Assembly (NCBI GenBank): GCA_965243135.1
Contig: OZ251539.1
Coordinates: forward strand, 3,040,001 to 3,104,000
Direction of reading: 5' to 3'
DNA: 64,000 bases
Source: Alphaproteobacteria bacterium
GTDB taxonomy: Bacteria; Pseudomonadota; Alphaproteobacteria; MPNO01; UBA830
Part shown: positions 12,387 through 22,978 of the stretch, in pieces
How positions within the stretch are numbered: position 1 is the stretch's first letter
Layout of the letters: the number at the start of each line of letters is the position of its first letter
Position numbers and translations under genes: made by a program
Notes under the pieces: generated by a model
Database searches by the model: none
What the model was told of the DNA's origin: nothing
The model's input: only the letters and a program-made list of their open reading frames with translations

Positions 12387-13259
12387 CTAGTTCAGGCCGC
12401 CGGACAGGTCGCCGAAGAAGCGGAAAAATTCGCTGTCCGGCGAGAGCACCATCGTCGTGCCCTCTCCCAGCGCCTCGCCGTAGGCCTCGAGGGACCGGTA
12501 GAAGGCGAAGAAATCCTCGTCCCGCGAAAACGCGTCGATCAGGATCCGGGTCTTCTGCGCCTCTCCCTCGCCGCGCAGAATCTGCGCCTCGCGGCGCGCC
12601 TCGGCGAGAATGACCGTGCGCTCGCGATCCGCCTCCGCCTGGATGCGGGCCTTGATCTCGGCCCCTTCGGAACGCAGCTTGGCGGCCTGCGCGACGCGCG
12701 ACGAGCGCATCCGGCTGTAGACCGATTCGCTCGTGGTGTCGGGCAGGTCGGTGCGCCCGATCCGCACGTCGACCACCGAAATCCCGAACTCCTTCGCCTG
12801 GTCCTTGAGCTGTTCGGTGATGTTCGCCATCACGTCGTCGCGCTTGCTCGACAGCACGTCGCCGAGAAGGATGCGGCCGATCTCGGCGCGCACCGCCGAG
12901 TTGAGCCGGCGGCCGAAGATGTTGATGAAATTCTGCTCGGTGTCCGCGCGTTGCCGGAACTTGAGCGGCGACACGATGAGATAGCGGACGTAGGCGTCGA
13001 CGATGATCCGCTTCTGGTCGGACAGGATGATCTCCTGAGCGGGCGGGTCGAGGCTCAGCACGCGCTGATCGTAATACGTGACGCTGCGCCACGGCAGCTT
13101 GGCGTGCAAGCCCGGCTTGCGCTCCTCGTGCCGCGGCTGGCCGAATTCGAGGATGAGCGCCTGCTGCGTCTCGTGGATCGTGTAGACGCAGCTGAAGCCG
13201 ACCATGCCGGCGACGATGACGGCGATGCCGACGATGACGAGTCGGAGATTGGACATCAC
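12387..13259 (-). CDS. hflC: FtsH modulator HflC
   Basis: N-terminal TM + SPFH domain, FYRSLEAY, SPDSEFFRFF. Confidence 0.95.
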   Translation of the reverse strand: MMSNLRLVIVGIAVIVAGMVGFSCVYTIHETQQALILEFGQPRHEERKPGLHAKLPWRSVTYYDQRVLSLDPPAQEIILSDQKRIIVDAYVRYLIVSPLKFRQRADTEQNFINIFGRRLNSAVRAEIGRILLGDVLSSKRDDVMANITEQLKDQAKEFGISVVDVRIGRTDLPDTTSESVYSRMRSSRVAQAAKLRSEGAEIKARIQAEADRERTVILAEARREAQILRGEGEAQKTRILIDAFSRDEDFFAFYRSLEAYGEALGEGTTMVLSPDSEFFRFFGDLSGGLN

Positions 13260-14368
13260 TGGGCCTCCCGCTTCCGCAATTCAGGCAGCGGCAGGTACGG
13301 AACGACTCCGCTGCCGCCCTGCCCCTTGTCGATGATGACCTTCTCGGCGTCCTTGAGCACGGTCTGCATGCGCTCGAGGTACAACCGGCGCACGGTCACG
13401 TCCTTGCCGGTCCGGTAGGCTTCGTAGACCGAGATGAACCGCTTCGCTTCGCCCTCCGCCTCCTTGACCAGCTGCTCGCGGTAGGCCGCCGCTTCCTGCA
13501 CGAGGCGTTCGGCTTCGCCCTTGGCCTTGGGCAGGATGTCGTTGCGGTAGGCGTCCGCTTCGTTCTGCTGGCGCTCCCGGTCCTGGCGCGCGCGCTGGAC
13601 GTCGTTGAAGGCGTCGATCACCTTCTGCGGCGGGTCCACCTTCTGAAGCTTGACCTCGGTGATGAACACGCCGGCCTTGTAATCGTCCATGATTCGCTGC
13701 AGCACGTCCTTGGTCCGCGCCTCCACTTCCTGGCGCTTCGTGGCGAGCGCTTCCTCGAGCGGCGTCTGACCGACGATTTCGCGTATGGAGCTTTCCGCGC
13801 CGCGCTTGATGGTCAGTTCGGGGTCGCGGATGTTGAACAGGAAGTCCCGCGGACCGCCGATCCGCCACTGGACCACGAAATCGATGTCGATGATGTTCTG
13901 GTCGCCGGTCAGCATCAGGCTTTCTTCCGAGACGTCGCGGATGCTGTCGGCGCGGGCGGCGGCGCCGAGCGCGCGAAATCCGACATTGAGCTGGTTGGTC
14001 CGCTCCACGTTGGGCCTCTGCACGGAACCGACGGGCCACGGCGCCCAGAAGTTGAGGCCGGGCTCGGTGGTCTTGACGAATCTGCCGAACAGCAGCTCGA
14101 CGCCCTTCTCCCCCGGCTGGACCCGATAGAGGCCGGTGAGCAGCCACACGAGGACGAGCAGCAGGATCAGGATCACGATGCCCTTGGCTCCGCCGAAGCC
14201 GCCGGGCAGGAATCTCTTGACCCGGTCCTGGCCCTTGCGAATCAGGTCCTCGATATCGGGCGCGGCGCCTCCGCCGCCCCCGCCGGGCGGACGGCCGCCG
14301 CCCCACGGGCCCTGACCGCCGCCGCTGTTCCAGGGGCCGCCGCCCCCGCCCTGCTGTTTCCATGGCAT
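13256..14368 (-). CDS. hflK: FtsH modulator HflK
   Basis: MPWKQQGGGGGPW N-terminus, MLTGDQNIIDIDF, DVQRARQD. Confidence 0.95.
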   Translation of the reverse strand: MPWKQQGGGGGPWNSGGGQGPWGGGRPPGGGGGGAAPDIEDLIRKGQDRVKRFLPGGFGGAKGIVILILLLVLVWLLTGLYRVQPGEKGVELLFGRFVKTTEPGLNFWAPWPVGSVQRPNVERTNQLNVGFRALGAAARADSIRDVSEESLMLTGDQNIIDIDFVVQWRIGGPRDFLFNIRDPELTIKRGAESSIREIVGQTPLEEALATKRQEVEARTKDVLQRIMDDYKAGVFITEVKLQKVDPPQKVIDAFNDVQRARQDRERQQNEADAYRNDILPKAKGEAERLVQEAAAYREQLVKEAEGEAKRFISVYEAYRTGKDVTVRRLYLERMQTVLKDAEKVIIDKGQGGSGVVPYLPLPELRKREAQ

Positions 14369-14499
14369 GACGCGAATCCAATCGGTTTCCATCGGGTTGC
14401 GAGAACCGCACGTTGCGGCTTTCGGCAACAGTCTTATATGATAGCCTGTTCGCGTCCGCAACGCACGGGCGAGATTCCAATCCCGCGGAGAAGTCGAGA

Positions 14500-15576
14500 A
14501 TGGCAACCGAACGGGAAGTGACCGACGCGCTGGCGTCGGTGCGGCTGCCCGGCGCGGCGGGCGATCCGGTTTCCGCGGGGCTGGTCTCCGGGCTGGCGGT
14601 CAAGGACGGTCACGTCCAGTTCGCGATCGAAACCGGCGAGGCCGGCGCCGAGCGGATGGAACCGGTGCGCAGGGCGGCGGAACAGGTCGTGGGGACGTTG
14701 CCGGGCGTGCTCTCGGTGACGGCGGTGCTGACGGCGCACAAGGCGTCCGCGCCGCAGCGGGAAGCCGGCCGGGCGCCCGCCCGCGACCTTCTGCCGCAGG
14801 TCGGCGCCATCGTCGCCGTGGCCTCGGGCAAGGGCGGCGTGGGCAAGTCGACCACGGCGGCCAATCTCGCGATTTCGTTCCGGGCGATGGGCCTGCGGAC
14901 GGCGATGCTCGACGCCGACATCTACGGGCCGTCGCTGCCCACGATGATGGGCGCATCGGGACGCCCGTCCTCCCCCGACGGAAAGACGATCATTCCGATG
15001 GAGGCGCACGGCGTCACCTGCATGTCGATCGGCTTCATGGTCGCGCCCGACGCGCCGACGATCTGGCGGGGTCCGATGGTGATGGGCGCGCTCGAGCAGA
15101 TGATGGGCGACGTGCAATGGGGACCGCAGGACGTCCTCGTGGTCGACATGCCGCCGGGAACCGGCGACGCCCAGCTGACCATGGCGCAGCGCGTTCCGGT
15201 CGCCGGCGCGGTCATCGTGTCGACGCCCCAGGATCTCGCGCTGATCGACGCCCGCAAGGGGCTGAACATGTTCCGCAAGGTGAACGTGCCGGTATTGGGA
15301 ATCGTCGAGAACATGAGCTATTTCCTGTGCCCGCATTGCGGCGAGCGCTCGGACGTCTTCGCGCACGGAGGCGCCCGCGCCGCGGCCATGCGGATGGGCG
15401 TCGACTTTCTCGGAGAGATCCCCCTCGACATGGCGATCCGCGAGGGGGGCGACGGCGGCAGGCCCGTCGCGGCGCTCGGCGGCGCGCACGCCGCGGCGTA
15501 CCGCGCGATCGCCGAGGCCGTCTGGCGAAAGGTCGGCGGCGGCGCGCCGGACGCGCCGAAGATCGCCTTCGAATAG
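14500..15576 (+). CDS. mrp: Mrp/ApbC Fe-S carrier ATPase
   Basis: ASGKGGVGKST, DADIYGPS, WRGPM, DMPPGTGD, CPHC. Confidence 0.95.
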   Translation: MATEREVTDALASVRLPGAAGDPVSAGLVSGLAVKDGHVQFAIETGEAGAERMEPVRRAAEQVVGTLPGVLSVTAVLTAHKASAPQREAGRAPARDLLPQVGAIVAVASGKGGVGKSTTAANLAISFRAMGLRTAMLDADIYGPSLPTMMGASGRPSSPDGKTIIPMEAHGVTCMSIGFMVAPDAPTIWRGPMVMGALEQMMGDVQWGPQDVLVVDMPPGTGDAQLTMAQRVPVAGAVIVSTPQDLALIDARKGLNMFRKVNVPVLGIVENMSYFLCPHCGERSDVFAHGGARAAAMRMGVDFLGEIPLDMAIREGGDGGRPVAALGGAHAAAYRAIAEAVWRKVGGGAPDAPKIAFE

Positions 15577-15585
15577 GCGGATCTC

Positions 15586-16482
15586 GTGAACGGCGGCGAC
15601 ATTCCCTTCCGCAAGGACATGGCGTTCGAATACGGCGCCGCCCGGGAGGTCGCTCCCGGAATCCGCCGGATCGTCGCCGAGAATCCGAGCTCCTTCACCT
15701 ACGTCGGCACCAACACCTACGTCGTCGGCCGCGGGGAAGTCGCCGTCATCGATCCCGGGCCGGCGCTCGAGCGGCACGTCGAAAACCTGACGAGGGCGCT
15801 GGCGGGAGAGACGGTGACCCATATCGTCGTGACCCACACGCACACCGATCATTCCCCGGCGTCGAACTGGTTGAGGGAAGCGACGGGAGCGCCCGTCGTC
15901 GGCGCGCATCCGCGGCCGCAGGGCGACGGCAGGCCGGTCGAGGCGGCGCAGGAGGACTTCGCGCCCGACATCCCGCTCTCCGACGGCGACTCGGTCGCCG
16001 GGCCGGGCTGGGTTCTCGACGCCATCCACACGCCGGGCCACATGTCGAACCATCACTGTTTCGCGCTGCGCGGCTCCGGGGTTCTTTTTTCGGGCGATCA
16101 CGTCATGGGCTGGAACACGACGATCGTGTCGCCGCCCGACGGCAACATGCGCGAGTACCTTGCGAGCCTGCAGGTCTGCCTCGACCGGGACGACGCGCTG
16201 TACCTGCCGGGACACGGCCCGGGGATTCCCGACCCGCGGCCGTTCGTCCGCGCCTATCTGGGACATCGCCTGATGCGCGAGCGGCAGATCGCGCGATGCC
16301 TGGAACGCGGCCTGGAGACCATCCCCGAAATGGTGAAGGAAATGTACCGTCATCTGCCGGAGGCGATGCACCGCGCGGCCGCGCGGGCGGTCCTGGCGCA
16401 CATGGAGCACATGGTGGAGACCGGTCGCGCCGATTGCGAAGGCCCGGCGACGGCCGAGGCGCGATATCGTCCGGCTCGCTGA
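15586..16482 (+). CDS. MBL-fold metallo-hydrolase (LACTB2-like)
   Basis: THTHTDH, HTPGH, FSGDHVM, LPGHG. Confidence 0.92.
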   Translation: MNGGDIPFRKDMAFEYGAAREVAPGIRRIVAENPSSFTYVGTNTYVVGRGEVAVIDPGPALERHVENLTRALAGETVTHIVVTHTHTDHSPASNWLREATGAPVVGAHPRPQGDGRPVEAAQEDFAPDIPLSDGDSVAGPGWVLDAIHTPGHMSNHHCFALRGSGVLFSGDHVMGWNTTIVSPPDGNMREYLASLQVCLDRDDALYLPGHGPGIPDPRPFVRAYLGHRLMRERQIARCLERGLETIPEMVKEMYRHLPEAMHRAAARAVLAHMEHMVETGRADCEGPATAEARYRPAR

Positions 16483-16679
16483 GCGCTTGCGGCGAAGCGC
16501 GCTCGCTCCTCCTCCCGGCTGACGGCAACCTTCGGTCAGCCCGCTCTCGGCCGCCGTCGCGCCGCGCGGTCCTCGCGCGCCTCCGGCACGACTCCGGTCT
16601 CGGCGCCGACGTCGCATGCGGCTGCAACCGATCGCCCGCGCACGGCCCGGGTTTGCCGCGCGGCGCCGGGGCAACCGAA

Positions 16680-16827
16680 TATTCCGTTTTCGTTCGCCTG
16701 CACGACCCTTGCGAACCTGTGTCGACAAGCGGCCGGAGCGGTCCGCGGGGCGCCGAGCGGACGGCAGCCGACAAAATTAACGCAACGCGAACGCCTCCTT
16801 GACGCGAGGGGGCAACAACCCCATGAT
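16680..16827 (+). repeat. dispersed intergenic repeat ending in a -35 box (family also at about 600-727, 3090-3217, 38955-39055 minus strand, 40810-40872)
   Basis: cgacccttgcg...ccgcggggcgccgagcggacggcagccgacaaaa...aacgcctccttgacg matches the AAA upstream regions. Confidence 0.75.
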
Positions 16828-16960
16828 TCGCGGCGCCCACGGTTTGCACAAGAGGTATGTTCGGCCTGCGAGGCCGGTAGAATGGTCCCTTGTATGACTG
16901 CCAGCACGGCGGCGGCGTCCGGCGGGATCGGTTCGTCAACCAGAGAACGGGACAAAGACA

Positions 16961-17278
16961 ATGCGACCGGACAATGATCTGAAGGTGAATATCGATGCGT
17001 TCGAGGCGCAACGCGAAACTCTGGAGAAGCACTACATGGGCAAACATGCGCTTTTCCACGAGGGGGAGTTCGCTGGAGCCTTCGACACGTTCCACGATGC
17101 GGCGGAGGATGCCTTACGTCGCTTCGGGAACGACACCTTCTTGATTCGTCAGGTCGGTGCGCTGAACGAGATGCCCATCCCGGCTTCGGTGGACTACAGG
17201 CCCGTTCGTCCGGCGGCCGGATGCTGGGCAGGCTCGCTCCATCCCGCCGCTTCAACCGAACGCCCGACCGGAAACTGA
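16961..17278 (+). CDS. small hypothetical protein, DUF5678-like
   Basis: IDAFEAQRETLEKHYMGKHALFHEGEFAGAFDTFHDAAEDALRRFG pattern. Confidence 0.6.
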   Translation: MRPDNDLKVNIDAFEAQRETLEKHYMGKHALFHEGEFAGAFDTFHDAAEDALRRFGNDTFLIRQVGALNEMPIPASVDYRPVRPAAGCWAGSLHPAASTERPTGN

Positions 17279-17477
17279 CCCCGACCTCGAGGTTCCCGGC
17301 GCTCACCGGCCAACCCATACCGCCCTCGCGAAAGAGGTTGCCGATCGCCTGCGTCGCAGCATGGACGACCCGAGAGTGGATCGGGGGGAAGAGGTCGCCT
17401 GACGAAATACGACCTCGCCGAAAGCTCCGAATCCACTGGCAAGAACCGGCCGCAACCGAGGCTGAACGCGGCGCGGC

Positions 17478-18410
17478 TCAAGCCTGAAAACCTGCAAATC
17501 GCCGCTCGAGCAGCTCGCGGTCCGGACGGTCATCAGGTTCGGCGGGAAGTCTGAGTTCCGCTCCCTCCAGTCCCTTCAACGAAACCAACAGGTCGCCGTC
17601 GTTCCGGTCGCGCAGCCTCGGCGAGACATGGATGCGAAAATCCGGATCGACGCCGAGCAGGTTGGCGTCGAAGGCATTGTGATGAAGGGTCGACATGCAG
17701 ATTCCGTTGCGCACTGCCGCCAGCCCTCCCTCGGCGTCCGGCACGATGTGCGCGCCCACCAGCAATTCTCTCACGGGCAGGCCGCTGAAGGCGCATCTCC
17801 AGCCGTATGCAGCTTTCGTCCGCATGCTGAACCATGCCTGATGATTCCTGTTCCGGGTCAAGCGCAGCGAGTAGGTCGCTTCGATTTCGGACGGCAGCGC
17901 AGCGAGCGACGCCGCCACGGAGCTTTCCCCGTGGCGCTCGAAATCCGCGGTCGCCACAAGCACGTACCCGTCCTCCGGCCGAAAACTCTCTATCCATACG
18001 GGAAAAACCGGCTGGTACACGCTCGGCTCCACCCCGGCAAAATATATGAGCGGCGCCTTGCGTTCCCAAGCATTTCGCAAGGCCCGATTGGTAGGGTCGG
18101 CAAGCCCGCCGCGAGCAAGCTCGTAACACAGCAAACCTGCATATTCCTGTCGGCTCTCGTCGCCAAAAACCTGATCCTGATACCACGGTTGCCTTCCCTG
18201 CCTTGGAACGGTCGTCCTGATGCTGAGCGCCGCCTCCAGCTGACGAGGCTTGAAAATCCCCCTGGGCTTGCTGGCGAACCGTATCTTCTGACCGTCGACT
18301 TCGAAGCCGGCATCGATGGCTTCCCAAGAAACCCGGCCGCCCTCCCGGAGGCACAGTCTCTCCATGGCCGCGAATGCGGCTGCTCGAACGCGTTGATCGA
18401 AGTCGCTCAT
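17478..18410 (-). CDS. HNH endonuclease, putative modification-dependent (type IV) restriction enzyme
   Basis: C-terminal AYGWRCAFSG...GAHIVPD...NGICMSTLHHNAFD; N-terminal GIFKP...LSIRT...N.AL..A...PLIYF domain. Confidence 0.8.
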   Translation of the reverse strand: MSDFDQRVRAAAFAAMERLCLREGGRVSWEAIDAGFEVDGQKIRFASKPRGIFKPRQLEAALSIRTTVPRQGRQPWYQDQVFGDESRQEYAGLLCYELARGGLADPTNRALRNAWERKAPLIYFAGVEPSVYQPVFPVWIESFRPEDGYVLVATADFERHGESSVAASLAALPSEIEATYSLRLTRNRNHQAWFSMRTKAAYGWRCAFSGLPVRELLVGAHIVPDAEGGLAAVRNGICMSTLHHNAFDANLLGVDPDFRIHVSPRLRDRNDGDLLVSLKGLEGAELRLPAEPDDRPDRELLERRFAGFQA

Positions 18411-18805
18411 TTCCAGACATACTCGCACCACAGGCCGGGAATCCGCAAGAACGAATCCGCGCTCGAGCGCCCGGACGGACGATTCGGCGGACCGGAAACG
18501 AACCACGGATCGCCGTCCGCCGCCTTTCGTCAAATAATAGTTGATTCCATGAATCGGTGACGCTACTTTCGGCGTATGCAAGTTGGACTTCACCGTTTCC
18601 ATGCGGACAGTATCGAGTGGTTCCGAGCGGCAGTCGCCGAGGGTGGTCGCACCCGGCGTCAGTTGGCCCACGGGCTGTGCGAGCGCGAGAACTGGCGCAA
18701 TGAGAAGGGCGAACTTTGCCTCGCCTCGGCGCGACGGATCCTGCCGAAGCTCGCCGAGAAACTCGGGATCGCCTTGCCGCCGCCGCAGGAGCGCCTGCCG
18801 CAGAA

Positions 18806-20449
18806 CAGAAATTCCCGCTAACTTGTAGTGGTCGTGCCAAATCAGATGTAAAGGACTTTCTCGGCAGAAGGTACGACCGTCAGGACGAACGTCTAACGTT
18901 CGGCTTAATGACCGAAGCTTTCGTTGGTTATGTTTCCCCCTGAAGAACCTGCTACACACTTCGAAAATTTATTATATCAAGAAGTATCGTAAGGTTCCAG
19001 AATCGGTTTTTTGTATCCGAACGCTATAGCACGATAAAGCGCTTCCCAGCCTGGTAGTGAAAAGTTGAAGAACATAGCTCTCAACTTCTCCCACAGGTAG
19101 ATGGAACGCTCGGCTTTCTTCCGTGCTCTTTGAAACAGATTGCAACATCTCTGCTGAATCTGGTCGATCAGGAAAGCCAGCATCATCAAGTTAGCAAAAA
19201 CATTCGACAGATGCTTGTAACCATGACCGAAGTTGTGTTCGAAGCTGTAACCTTGGTTCTTCAGGGTGTTGAAGGTCTCGTTTTCGATACGCCAACGCGC
19301 ACGCCCGGCACGCATTATCTCCATCAGGTTGTGATCTCCTACTGGCAGGTCTGTAACCCAGGAAAAGCGTTGCTTTTTGCCGTCGGGGCGCTTTTCCCAG
19401 TATTCAACAAAGTTGACTTCAAGGTCGAAATTCGCGTCGTTGAGTGGTGCCTTGTTAAGATATCTGAATTCGTGCATTATACCTTCTTCATCGGAGAATT
19501 CGGCACGTTTCACAGATCGTGACCTGTTCACTAAATCAAACAAAAATTTATGGTCTCCCGGCTTCGCTCCCAGTATGAAGCGAAGGTTCAACTCCTTGAG
19601 ATGCTTGACATGCGGGCCGTTCGAGGCAAGTCCGTCCTCTACCACTATCAATTTCAAAAACGGATGCTCCCGCCGCACATCGCGCAACAATCGTGTCGCC
19701 GCGTTGCGTTCGCAATCGTTTTTCTTCTTTCCATCTTTCTTGGTGATCGGCTCCGGCGCAAGAGGGAAAACTTCCTTTTGTTCCGGATGTACGAGAACTG
19801 CCCCTAGCATCTGATGGTAGTACGTGATTGTTCCGTCCCTGTGGTGCTTTTCACAGCAGCTTTTACAGTGCACCTTGTGAGATGAAAAATATCCCGTTCC
19901 GTCAACGGATAAAAGATAATGCCCGCCTAGACATGTGTAACCTTCCAGACCCTTTCCACGCTGAAGCAACTGGAACATCTTCGTGAAAGCGGGGCGTAAA
20001 CTATGGGGGTCCACGTCGTCCAGACGCTCGCGCAACCTGGTATCGGAAGGCGCTCTCTCTATCCCGTACAACGTCGCAAGATTATTGCGAACCGTTTCAT
20101 CAAAACGTGCGTCGCGATCAAACTTTAAAAGAGATTTGTATTTCAAACCAAATACCGCAATCCCCGACATCAGGCAATCCGAAAGAGCGACGCCTCGACT
20201 CGCCGTCAGATCCTCAATGCCGTCAAAAACCCCCCGGAGCGCCTTCAGCAATCCCGGAGCGCTGAGCGTCTTGCGCATGCTTGGCATTCTAGCCATTTTG
20301 GTACGATCCCGCCTCGCCTTCGAACCATTTTCCAGAGAAAAATTCTCCGCTCGAAGACAAATAGCCCCGAATCGCCTCGAAAAGTCTACGAAAATTTTTT
20401 TTCGGACCCCATATTTTCCAAGGGTTTCAAGCCTTAGCGGGAATTGCTG
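18806..20449 (-). mobile_element. complete IS (ISNCY-like DDE), 16-bp terminal inverted repeats, 9-bp target duplication
   Basis: left CAGAAATTCCCGCTAA 18806-18821, right TTAGCGGGAATTGCTG 20434-20449; GCCGCAGAA at both 18797-18805 and 20450-20458. Confidence 0.95.
18977..20296 (-). CDS. DDE transposase, intact
   Basis: LSVDGTGYFSS, CERNAA, VVEDGL, GRARWRIENETFNTLKNQGY; AT-richer than host genes. Confidence 0.93.
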   Translation of the reverse strand: MARMPSMRKTLSAPGLLKALRGVFDGIEDLTASRGVALSDCLMSGIAVFGLKYKSLLKFDRDARFDETVRNNLATLYGIERAPSDTRLRERLDDVDPHSLRPAFTKMFQLLQRGKGLEGYTCLGGHYLLSVDGTGYFSSHKVHCKSCCEKHHRDGTITYYHQMLGAVLVHPEQKEVFPLAPEPITKKDGKKKNDCERNAATRLLRDVRREHPFLKLIVVEDGLASNGPHVKHLKELNLRFILGAKPGDHKFLFDLVNRSRSVKRAEFSDEEGIMHEFRYLNKAPLNDANFDLEVNFVEYWEKRPDGKKQRFSWVTDLPVGDHNLMEIMRAGRARWRIENETFNTLKNQGYSFEHNFGHGYKHLSNVFANLMMLAFLIDQIQQRCCNLFQRARKKAERSIYLWEKLRAMFFNFSLPGWEALYRAIAFGYKKPILEPYDTS

Positions 20450-22657
20450 GCCGCAGAAGGCGCCGGCCCGGAATTTTCCGAACCTGTCGCTTCGCTGCAG
20501 TCTGGCGGAGGTCGGAGAAGTCGCGCTGGAACCGGTTTCTGGGAGCGCCGACAAGGAGCGGTGGCGCTCGATGATGGCAACCCATCATCCGCAGCGATGG
20601 ATGCGTCCGCCGGGCGCGCAAAGGTGTTACTGGATCGTGTCGTCCCGTCATGGCCGACTGGGCGGCATCGCTTTCTGCGCCGCCAGTTGGCACCAGAAAG
20701 CGCGCGATGAGTTCGTCGGCTGGTCGGCGGACGCACGGGTCGCCAACCTGCAACGGATGGTCAACAATAACCGGTTTCTGCTGTTGCCGGGGGTGCGCGT
20801 GCGCGGGCTTGCGTCGCACGTTCTCGACCTCGCGGCGACGCGACTGCCCGGCGATTGGGAAGCCGCCTACGGCGTGCGTCCGGCCTACACTTACGTCTCT
20901 CCCGACCATTCCGGCGCTTGCTATCGCGCGGCAGGATGGGAGCGTTGCGGCAGGCCGACGTCGGGGTTGCCGCCAGGCGCCATGGAGAGGGGCGTCGCAC
21001 GGTCGGTCGAAGCCGCTGGCCGCCGACTGGAAAGAGCGGCTGCGCCGGGAACCGGAACGGATGCTCGGCCTCGCCCCGGAGGCACCTCCGTCCGACGATT
21101 GGGCGGAATGGGACGCGGAACGCACCCGGACGGACGCATTCGCGGTGGTACGAATGGGGCGCGCATGGGAGGCACGGCCCGGCGAACCGGTACCGGTGAT
21201 CTTCCCGGACAAGGAAGATCAGAAAGCAGCCTACCGGCTGCTGTCGAATCCGAGGGTGAGCATGGAGCACGTTCTCGAGTCGCACAAGGAATGCATGGTC
21301 GAGCGCTGCCGCAAGGAGCGCGTGGTTCTAGCGGTCCAGGACACGACGATGCTGAATTACAACGGCCTGCAAGCCACCTGGTGCCGCTCGGCGGCGGCGG
21401 GTCGGGAACCAAAGGCATCGCCGCCCACTTCGGACTTGCGACCTCAAGACGCCCGCTCGGGGTCTTCGAGATCGACGCCACCATGCGCGACGACAAGGAC
21501 GAAAGCGAGAGCGTCCGCTGGCCACTTCGACAAGGCGCAGGAAATCGCGCGCGCCTGCCCCGACACGCAGGTCATCACCGTGTGCGACCGGGAAGGGGAT
21601 GGAACTGCTGTCGAGGGCGGTCGCGGCGGGTGCCGGCCTGGTGGTGCGCGCCTGCCGCTCGAAGCGGCGGCGCGTGCTGTGCGAAGATGGCAGCAAAAAA
21701 GGGCTTTGGAACCACATGGCGGAACAGCCGGTGCTGACCCGGAGGTCGCTGAACCTCGCCGCCTGCGGCGGCAAGCGGGCGCGCAAGAAACGCGAGGTGA
21801 CGCTTGACATCCGCGCCGCCCGCGTCCGGCTCGTGCCGCCCGGCGACAGGACCGGCGACGCGCCTCTCTCCATGCTCGCCGTGTCGGTCGCAGGACCGCA
21901 AGGCCTCGACTGGCTGTTGCTCACGACGGAGGGCAAACCCGAGAAAGACGACGCGGTGCGCGTCGTAAAGTGGTACGAACGGCGCTGGACGATCGAAGAA
22001 TACTTCAAGGCCCTCAAGTCCGGCATGGGCATCGAAGACCGGCAGTTCGACGATGCCGACGACCTCCGAAAGTGCCTTGCTTTCGACGCCATTACCGCAT
22101 GCCGGGTCTTCGACTTCCAGCGCATGGCGCGGGACAGGCCGGACGCCCCCGCCGCCGAAGTCGCGGACGAAGATGAAATTGCGGTGCTTTACCTTGCCGA
22201 ACGAGGCATGGTCAAGAGCAGGTCGCCGCCCGAAAACCTCGACGTCCAGACCTTCGTGGTCGACGTGGGACGGCTCGCGGGCTTCATCCCCTCCAAACGC
22301 CAGCCCTTGCCCGGGACCATCTGGCAGGGCTACGGCTACCTCAAGGCCTACGTTCAAATATACAAGGCGCTACGGAACAACGACATGCTCAAGGACTCGA
22401 CAATGGGGGGATGAAAGGTCCGCCGCCTCTCGACGCCGACCGCGTTGCAGGATCCACGATCGCGAACCGAGTCCTGAGAATCGTCGCGCCCCGATTCGAC
22501 AAAACGTTTCCGCACCAATCGCCCGAGCTTCGCTTTGGGCGCCGCGGGTCGGGCGAGCGCCAGCGGCGCGGCCGGCTCATGGACAGAAATTCCTTGGAAC
22601 TCCCTTCCTCATAACGTTAGATTGCCGCCAGCGCATGTATTGCAGGATGTTGGCGTC

Positions 22658-22978
22658 GTGACGATCACCCATCTTGTTCGCGAAGCGCGCAAACGGGCCG
22701 GGCTCACCCAGGCGGAACTGGCCCGGCGCGCAGGCGTCGCTCGATCGACGGTCGGCCGGATCGAGGCAGGAACGCGGATACCTTCCACCGATCTCGCGGA
22801 GCGTCTCGTCCGAGCCGCGGGTTTCGAGATCCGCGCATCGCTCGGAGATCCCGACCCCGAAACCGACTCGCTGTTCGAGCGGACACTGCAACGCACCCCG
22901 GCCGAGCGTCTGGCGGACGTCACCCGGGCGGTCCGCTTTGCGCAGCGCGGGCGACGCGAACTCGCGAAGAATGGGTGA
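22658..22978 (+). CDS. XRE-family HTH protein (putative antitoxin/regulator)
   Basis: ARKRAGLTQAELARRAGVARSTVGRIEAG; C-terminal LQRTPAERL. Confidence 0.85.
   Translation: MTITHLVREARKRAGLTQAELARRAGVARSTVGRIEAGTRIPSTDLAERLVRAAGFEIRASLGDPDPETDSLFERTLQRTPAERLADVTRAVRFAQRGRRELAKNG

Larger units (their letters stand above)
18563..22420 (+). mobile_element. degenerate IS4/Tn5-like element whose transposase carries an N-terminal DUF4338 (DruA-like) domain; interrupted by a second IS
   Basis: fragments LCERENWRN, ARDEFVGWS...VNNNRFLLLPGVRV, AAYRLLSN, VLAVQDTT, VCDREGD, WYERRWTIEEYFKALKSG, LPGTIWQG; many frameshifts; ends approximate. Confidence 0.85.

Noticed and set aside
10039-13092. 1017-aa ORF as a giant MiaA fusion
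   Set aside because: Only the last 302 aa are MiaA; the rest is an alternate frame of hflC/degP
17478-18959. 493-aa HNH protein
   Set aside because: The N-terminal part runs across IS ends and intergenic DNA; the likely start is 18410
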